Positions 56,402-64,000 of a stretch of DNA of 64,000 nt are shown one piece after another. The stretch spans positions 45,570,001 through 45,634,000 of the forward strand of contig CM022665.1 in NCBI GenBank assembly GCA_012295275.1, read 5' to 3'. The notes beneath the pieces are model-generated. The model did not search any database. It was given only the letters and a program-made list of their open reading frames with translations, and was not told the origin of the DNA. Every line of letters begins with the position of its first letter. Position 1 is the stretch's first letter. Both the position numbers and the translations under genes were made by a program. The stretch is from Chrysomallon squamiferum. Its lineage: Eukaryota; Animalia; Mollusca.

Positions 56402-57422
56402 AAAAATGAAATAAATGACATAAATATAATATAATATAATTTAATAAATAAATAAAATAAAAAAAATAAAATAAAATAAAATAAAAATTAAATAAATATA
56501 ATATAATATAATTTATAATATAATTTATTTTAAAAAAAGAAAAAAAAAAAAAATAAAATAAAATAAAATCAAAAATGAAAAATAAAATGAAATGAAATAA
56601 AATAAAATAAAATAAAATAAAATAAATAGATAAATAAATAAATAAAATATTTTGCATCTTGAAATTACATTTATGCATTATTCATTAAGAACGTTTAAAA
56701 AAAGAAAAAAAAAAAAAAAAAAAAAGAAAAGAAATGAAAAACCTAAAAAAATAACAGTTTAAAAACAAAGGTAAAGATCGAAAAATAATATTTGTCCGGT
56801 AATATAAAAAAAAATGGAATTCATCTTCAACACAACAAGAGAGAAAAAAATAAAATAAAATAAAAAAAGATAGATAAAGCGTTTTTATTCCGTTAAATCG
56901 GTAAAATATACGCAAATAATGTGTATTGGTTAAGAATTCACGATATTTTACAATTAAATTCACGTTACATGACGTTTAAATAATGTAATTAATCATAAAC
57001 ACCTAATGGTTATGTTGTTATACAAACTCAGTTTATAATTTAAGAACATCAGTATTCATTTGTTTTTATCGGTTTCTATTTTTGTTTCATTAAAAATGTT
57101 TTTACTAATGTTCTTCTTATTAATAATTAAAAATAACAGATTTTTGTTGAAAACAGCTGAAAAGTCGGAAACTAACACTTCATTCAACAAATATCTTGAT
57201 CAGAAATTTTCATAAATCTTGACGAACTGAAGATCCGTGTCTTAATTATCTTCTGAAAGATTTCTTTCTTTTTCAGGAGTTATACGATTTTCCTTTTAAC
57301 TAGAAGCAAAATAATAGAAACAGCGTGTGTTTACTCAGACATTGTTCTGTGTCTTTGTGAAATTTCAAAACAGAAAATAGCAGCTCTTCGTTATAATGAA
57401 TTAAAAGCTGTGGACTTTTATA

Positions 57423-58600
57423 TAAACTGGGACGCCGAGGAATTCCACACGTGACCTGTCTAACTCCATTGTGTATGACCAAGCATTGTCGTCCCCATCA
57501 GGACGGCGACAGAAGTTTTCAACGACAGAGAGGGTGTGTCTTCTGGAGATTTGGCTCAGAGAGTCTTCTCGTCCCACCTCTGACAGGTAACTCCAGAAAT
57601 CGTAGTTGGTTTTCTTCCTGTGTGTTATGGCGTTCCCATAACATAATAAAAGTATTCAGGTTCTGGTAGAACGTCACAATAACAATACAAAAATAATGAA
57701 AGTTATTGGTGAGATCAAGCCACATGTGTATTCCATCCTTATACCAAACAGTCCTTTACTTTTTTGTAAAATATTTGACATCTCCCAAACCGACCATCCC
57801 CAACTTCCATAATTTTGTTCTCCTTCTTTAGATAGAGAAACCCAGCACTTTCTGTTCCTTTGTGTTACTTTGCATCACTGCTGTGTGCAAACCACTGTAC
57901 TCGACTGCTTCACCATGCACTGTCTGCTTCTGTCCACTCGTAACTGTTAAGCTATCGCGTAGGACAAGTAAACTTTATGCATGAACAGGGAAAAGCATCC
58001 AGCATAAACTGTTCGGCCAAACTGTACCAAGCCCTTTGTCATCGAATTATGCTTAGAAGGATGCTGCCTTTGTTATTATGGAGAATGAGAAATCAAAGGC
58101 ATTTATGTTGAGCTGGTAAATAAAGATTGGTAATGACGATGATAATGATTTTTAAATTTGTACAGGAGAACTTTTACATCTTTTGTAATTGTTTAACATT
58201 TTTTCACTGTGTGTCCATTAGATATATTAGCACTGTCAGTGACCATAGTAGTAGTAGTAGTAGTAGTTGTTATCGTGGCAAACTCCTAATACCAGAAAGT
58301 GTTTGATTCGCAACTGTAAAATAAAAAAAATAAAAATAAAAGAGAAAAATGATCAGTTTCGTTAGCCCATTTTAAACGAAAATCGTGCAGATCTTGTATC
58401 GAGTATGGAAGAAAACAGCTCTGCAAACAAATCGTCTTCTGCAACCCAGCTCAAACAGTCGATGGGTGAGTTTAATAGTTTGAGGTTGTACAGATCCAGA
58501 TTCGTTACGTTCAAATGAGAAAAACATAAAACACGAGAAAATCTCCCCCTCTCATTAGCGCAGACATTTTCTCCTTCCCGCGCACGAGACAACAGAAAGA
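57423..58600 (-). pseudogene. PAN-kringle paralog 4, pseudogene
   Basis: Truncated PAN remnant ~58600-58362 (EGENVCA..FSHLNVTNLDLYNLKLL..IDCLSW). Kringle remnant ~57690-57423 (CDVLPEPE..GTP*HTGRKPTTISGVTCQRWD..*..ENFCR) with stops and frameshifts. Confidence 0.85.
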
Positions 58601-59149
58601 GGAACGGTTGTCATAGACACGGAGTCAGTTTAGTTGTCGAACAGTTCTGTTAGACATTCTATCTATTTCTATTTAACTAATGAACAGTTCTGTTAGACCT
58701 AGTGTTTATTTTTGTTTAATTGTTACGCACTTCTGTAAGACACGGTGCCTATTTTTTATTTAATAGCTGAACAGCTGTGTTAGACAGCATCTAACTGTAA
58801 TAACGTTGCCAGTGATGATTATAAGAATAAAGGCTAATTTTTATCACCATCATTTGTATTGGAAAAGAAGATGTTCACATCAAAGATCACTCAATTAAGC
58901 AGAAATATTTTGAATATTTTCAAGCTGCTTGCAGCATTTCCATTACAAACAACCGAACCAGGCTGTCTGTGCTTTATAACCAAACATTTCTGAGAGAAAG
59001 GGTGATAGGCTTAAGTGTTCCGAAACTGAATACATGTAATCTACACATTAAAAATCTGTTATGACTCTAGGCGAACTTCAAACCAGTGTTACTGAATAAT
59101 TATGTGACAGATCACACAATACGACGAACTAAAACGTTTCAAACAGCAG

Positions 59150-59836
59150 TTACACTGTTACACAGTCAGGAATTCCACACGACTCGTATCTAGGACTATC
59201 TTTCATTGAGTAACACCAAGCATAGCCGTCGTTTCCAGGGTCTCGACAGAAATTTTCTGCACCAGTCACGTTGCCTTCTGGATACATCTGTGGAGATATG
59301 TAAAAGTGAAAGTGGGGACTCTGCAGGTCCCACCTCTGACAGGTGATTCCAGAAATCGTCGTCGTTTTTCTTCCCGAGTACCCGTTTTGTGCCGTTAATG
59401 GAGAAAGAACACTCGGGTTCTGGAACAACATCACAGTCGTCTGAAACAGAGTCAGAAATATTTTTTTACAATCAGCGACCTAAACCCATCCATTTTTACT
59501 TAATTACTTCTTTTACCTAATTTCCTCCTTGTTGATGATTTGTACGGTCTGTTTAAAACGATAAATCGCGCACATTCTGTATCGCGTATCGAAGAAAACG
59601 AAACTACAATTATCGTCTGCTGACAACCAACTCGAGCAGTCACTTGATGCTTTTTATAGTTTGATGTCGTACAGATCGAAATTCCACTGGCGCAAATCAG
59701 AAAAGCAACGAATACGAAAGAACTTGGACGACTCAGCAAGGCAGACCTTTTCTCCTTCTTCTATTTGTAAGAAGATGACAATGAGAAGGAGAAAGACAGA
59801 AATGTGGGAAAGAGGAAACGCGAATGCAAATTTCAG
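59150..59836 (-). pseudogene. PAN-kringle paralog 3, probable pseudogene
   Basis: The PAN exon has CTG where the paralogs have ATG and an in-frame TAA (DLYDIKL*). The kringle exon 59440-59150 (DDCDVVPEPEC / YSGRKTTTISGITCQRWDLQSPH..ENFCRDPGNDGYAWCY..CGIPDC) has a +1 frameshift after NG. Confidence 0.85.
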
Positions 59837-61129
59837 CTTGAGACATCATCAAGTCCACAAGTCCATGAATAAGTAATTAAAATCTAATGGTTTCGTTATT
59901 GTAAGAACATGCCTTTATTTTAAATTCTTAATGTTCATTTATTCTAATGGTTTTACCTAATGGTTTTTTTTTGTTAATAATTTAAAAGTAATTGAAAAGC
60001 TTCTTACCTTATAAAAGAAAAGAGTTGCATGTAAGATTTGCGTTTTAATTATCTTTTGAATTATTTAGTTTTTGTGTTTTTCTTCTTGGCAGACGTAGAC
60101 CGACGGATGATTTAAATTCGAAGTCAATTTAGAATAAAATGAACAACCATTGTAAAATATTGATATATTTTGTGATTTTACTAGAACCTGTCTGTCTGTG
60201 TTTGTGCATGTTTTATTATTTTGTCATTAGGTTTTTATTCTTCTGTGTTTGTTTTTTTGATGAGTTATTTTTTTGTTTTACTCTTCGTATGTTATTTTTA
60301 GAAATGCAGAATAGATTAACACAAATAACACAGAACATTTACGAAACAGAAGGAAACAAACAAAGAAACGAGTAATAAATAATTACTTTGTTTGCAGTTG
60401 GACATTATAACTTTTCAAAAAATTAAATATACATTAATAGTAATGATGGTGATGATGATGATGATCATGGTGGTGATAAATAAATAAATAAATGATTGCT
60501 AAGTAAGGAGAAAAACGAAAAGTCTGAGATCATTACAAATGTATGATTTACCCTTCAGATGTATCATTTTCTTTATGTGTTTGTACGCTAGATACACATT
60601 CTTCACAGTGTGCGCAATTGCAAATACTGAAAATATTGTGTACTCAGTCGGAAACCGTATAATCTTTTATTTTTAAGTGTCTCACTGAATTTACACTACA
60701 AGATTACTTTTCACAGCAAGGCAAAAACTCTTTACACATTTGCAAATTTAATTTTCTTGTGTCTGTCTGTGTATACGTTTGTGTGTGTGTGTGTGCGTGT
60801 GCGTGCACAGCATCAGTGATCTTCATAGCCTACACGTCTTTTGTGTGCCCAAGACAAAAGCGTACGCGTTTCAAACTCTGTTTTGCATGTGCGTGTGTGT
60901 GTGTGGATGAATACATCTGCTAGGCAAATTATTAGAACAGCGTACTTGTATTTAACCTAATTTTTGTACTTGTGCAAAGCAAATAGTTTTTCACAGTCTA
61001 CACGAGACAATTTTTTTTATTTTTATCACCGCATGCGAGACTTTAGTATCAGAAATTCAGCTTTCACTTCACTCCGAATCCTACCGAATCCTTCCGAATC
61101 CTGATAATATCGGAGCTTTATTTATTTGT

Positions 61130-61172
<43 letters not shown>

Positions 61173-61277
61173 TTATTTTTGTTGTGAAGGCTATACAGAT
61201 TAGGTGATGGTGATGCCTTTCATTTGGATTCGATTTTCACACCAGCCTTTTTTAAAGTAAGGATACGACAGTTGTAG

Positions 61278-61634
61278 TTAAACAGACTTACCGCCTTCAT
61301 GATAAACCAGGAAAGATCTTCGTGCGTCTGCGACTGTTACGTTGGTCCATTTGGAACGATAAATCGCGCACGTGTTGTATCGAGTATCGAAGAAGACCGC
61401 TGTACAAACATCGTCAGTTCCACACCAGCGCAAACAATCGATGTGTGTACTCAACAGTTTCAGGTTGTACAGATCCAGATTCGTTACGTTCAAATCAGAA
61501 AAACAGGAAACACGAACAAATCTTATCTTTACACCAACACAGACGTTTTCTCCTTCCAACACTTGTAAGGAGATGAAAAGGAGAAGGAGAAAAACGGAAG
61601 GAAAGCAGAAACAAAATGTGCAGTGAAATTTCAT
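61278..61634 (-). CDS. PAN-kringle paralog 2: intact signal peptide + PAN/apple exon with no own kringle exon found
   Basis: Exon 61634-61292 (343 nt, donor G|gtaagt) is highly similar to the paralog 1 PAN exon. Unspliced, it reads through to a stop at 61278 (118 aa). Confidence 0.65.
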   Translation of the reverse strand: MKFHCTFCFCFPSVFLLLLFISLQVLEGENVCVGVKIRFVRVSCFSDLNVTNLDLYNLKLLSTHIDCLRWCGTDDVCTAVFFDTRYNTCAIYRSKWTNVTVADARRSFLVYHEGGKSV

Positions 61635-62624
61635 GATGCTGACGAAACGACAGATAGATCGCGTTTTGCCTGAACTGAAAGATGACTTAAAACTATGGTT
61701 ACATAGATGTTTTCATAAATAAATCAGTCATATCTAATATCTAATTTGTTTTCATTCGTTTATTTGAAAAATAATAAATAATTTATTTATTGGAGATATA
61801 TATCGTACATCTTTACAAAAACTAAACCACTGACATGCAATACGTGTTTGGTTCCTGGTTTCTGGTTAGAACACGTGTCTGTTACCGAGACTTTGTATTG
61901 ATTTTTTTGTGTTTGATTTTACAGATCATTTTCTCATTAATAACTTACGAAACAACTGTACAGGTCTGAAATGTGTCTGCCTCTCGGGACTTTTATTATT
62001 CTACGTCCCGGTACTAAACAAACCAGATTTGCCGAGTTCCCGGGCCGACTCCATTCTGAATAGTCATTATTCAACTGATTTACAGATAAGTTTCTCAAAT
62101 TACCTTCTGAAATGTTGTGTATTCCCTTTGTTATCGTTTATTTATTGTTAACAAGATGAGATAAAGAGGATATCATATCTTTTTTACAACGTTTTGTTTT
62201 ACAATAGAATGTATGATTTAAAAAAAAAACCTCTCACAGAAATATCTGTTTTAGTGTTTCATTTGTGCGTGCAGAATAAATAAAACACATGAATTCAACG
62301 TCAGTGGACCAAACTGAGTTTGTTTTATTCGTACCAGTGAGGTTTAGACAAACATTAAAGATAAATTCGTAATTTTCACTTTTTTATGTCGTTCAGTACA
62401 TTATCTAATAAAACAACGGAATAATGTAGCAAACTTAGTTTCTGTTTAACTTTCACAGTTTTATAAAAGTGAATATTAATAAAATAGATTATGGATTAAT
62501 ATTAACAAAAAATTGGCAGTAAATTGCCTAGTGAACTAAAATACCAGTAAATATTAATAAAATAGATTATGCATTAATATTGACACAAAAATTGGCAGTA
62601 AACTGCCAAGTGAACTAAAATACT

Positions 62625-63603
62625 TCAAGTTGTGTTTACACTGGGACACTCAGGAATTCCACACGTCTCAAACCTGACCTTGTTGTCCATCGTGTAACAC
62701 CACACATATTTTATTCTATCGGGATTACGACAGAAATTTTCTACAGCGGACACATTATCTTCTGGATAACTCTTTGGGTTGGTGAAATGGTGAGAGTGGG
62801 GATACTGCTGGTCAAACCTCTGACAGGTGATTCCAGAAATCGTTGTCGTTTTTCTTCCTGTGTACCACGGTTTCCCGTTCACGTAATGAAAGCATTCGGG
62901 TTCCGGAACAACATCACAGTCATCTGAAACATAACTGCAAATATTTAAGCGGGAGTAGACCCATGATAGGTATGATATAATTATATTGACACCACTCTGC
63001 CTCACTTTTATAACAAATATATTACATACAAAAGAAATATCTATGTTTGTTTCTACATCGTAGGTAATTGCAAAGGTATCACAAACGGTACATTGTGAAA
63101 AATACAGCAAAAGTGTAAAAACTCTTCATCTTTTTCATCGCCTGTATGTTACTCGTACATACAAATACCAGTTATTTTTTAATATAATGAGACCTTTTCG
63201 ATTACATGCATTGTTAAATGGAAGACAAGAGGATAAGTAAATGTTAATACATGCACTTACCATTAGTACGATAAATCAGGAAAGATCTTTGTACATCAGT
63301 GGTTGTATTGTTGGTCGATTTGGAACGATAAATCGCGCACGTGTTGTATCGAGTATCGAAGACGACAGCTGTACAAACATCGTCAGTTCCACACCAGCGC
63401 AAACAATCGATGTGTGTACTCAACAGTTTCAGTTTGTACAGATCCAGATTCGTTACGTTCAAATCAGAAAAACAGAAAACACGAAGAAATCTTTTCTTTA
63501 CACCAACACAGACGTTTTCTCCTTCCCACACTTGTAGCGAGATGAAAAAGAGAAGGAGAAAAATGGAAGGAAGGCAAAGACAAAATGTGCAGTGAAATTT
63601 CAT
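62625..63603 (-). CDS. Secreted PAN/apple + single kringle protein, paralog 1 (intact, 213 aa)
   Basis: Exon 63603-63261 holds the signal peptide and PAN-like CLRWCGTDDVCTAVVFDTRYNTCAIY. It joins in phase 1 to exon 62923-62625, a kringle (C....YTGRKTTTISGITCQRFD..YPHSH..ENFCRNPD..VWCYT..RFETCGIPEC). No protease domain. Confidence 0.9.
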
Positions 63604-64000
63604 AATTACAAGACGACACGTAATTCAGATTTAATCTGGAATGAAAGACGACATAAAACTAAAGGTATTATAAATGCTTTCATAGGTAAGTAAATGAATG
63701 ACGGTAAAATCTTTTTTTTTCTTTTTTTTCCCATAAGATGTCTGTCGTCGTCTTTGCCTTGATTTCTTTGTGTTTGCTTCTTATAAATACTTTTCTTATT
63801 AATAATTGAGAAAAGGAGAATCCAACTGTAAAACACTTAATTTGATTAACTCAGCATGCATTAAATGTTGTGAATAGTGATTACTCAACTGATTTATAGG
63901 AATAATTGGATTTCTCTTTGTGATCGCTTTTTATTCTTAGCAAGACCGCGCAGAGAAGAAGTTGAAGTGCATTTCTGCGTTGCATCCGATTGTCTGTCTA

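Overview
AT-rich, microsatellite-dense eukaryotic (animal) genomic DNA with spliced genes. The gene content suggests a mollusc, probably a gastropod (inference). From left to right: (1) a ~7.9-kb tandem duplication unit in which an intact 5-exon PHYHIP/PHYHIPL-like gene (+) is nested antisense among decayed COPB1 (coatomer beta) exons (-); (2) a small non-autonomous DNA transposon; (3) three paralogous genes for ~120-aa, six-cysteine proteins with a signal peptide and a GPI-type tail, whose Cys spacing resembles the RGM N-terminal domain and neuritin; (4) an ankyrin-repeat/SOCS-box gene head-to-head with (5) a catalase gene whose catalytic-His exon is heavily corrupted while the other exons are open; (6) interlaced inverted repeats; (7) two paralogous WAP-domain (perlwapin-like) genes; (8) a tandem array of signal peptide-PAN/apple-kringle genes (one intact, one orphan PAN exon, two pseudogenes). 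Most ORFs in the supplied track are microsatellite artefacts. Gene models were assembled by hand from splice sites and phase matching, and family assignments come from recalled motifs, not database searches.
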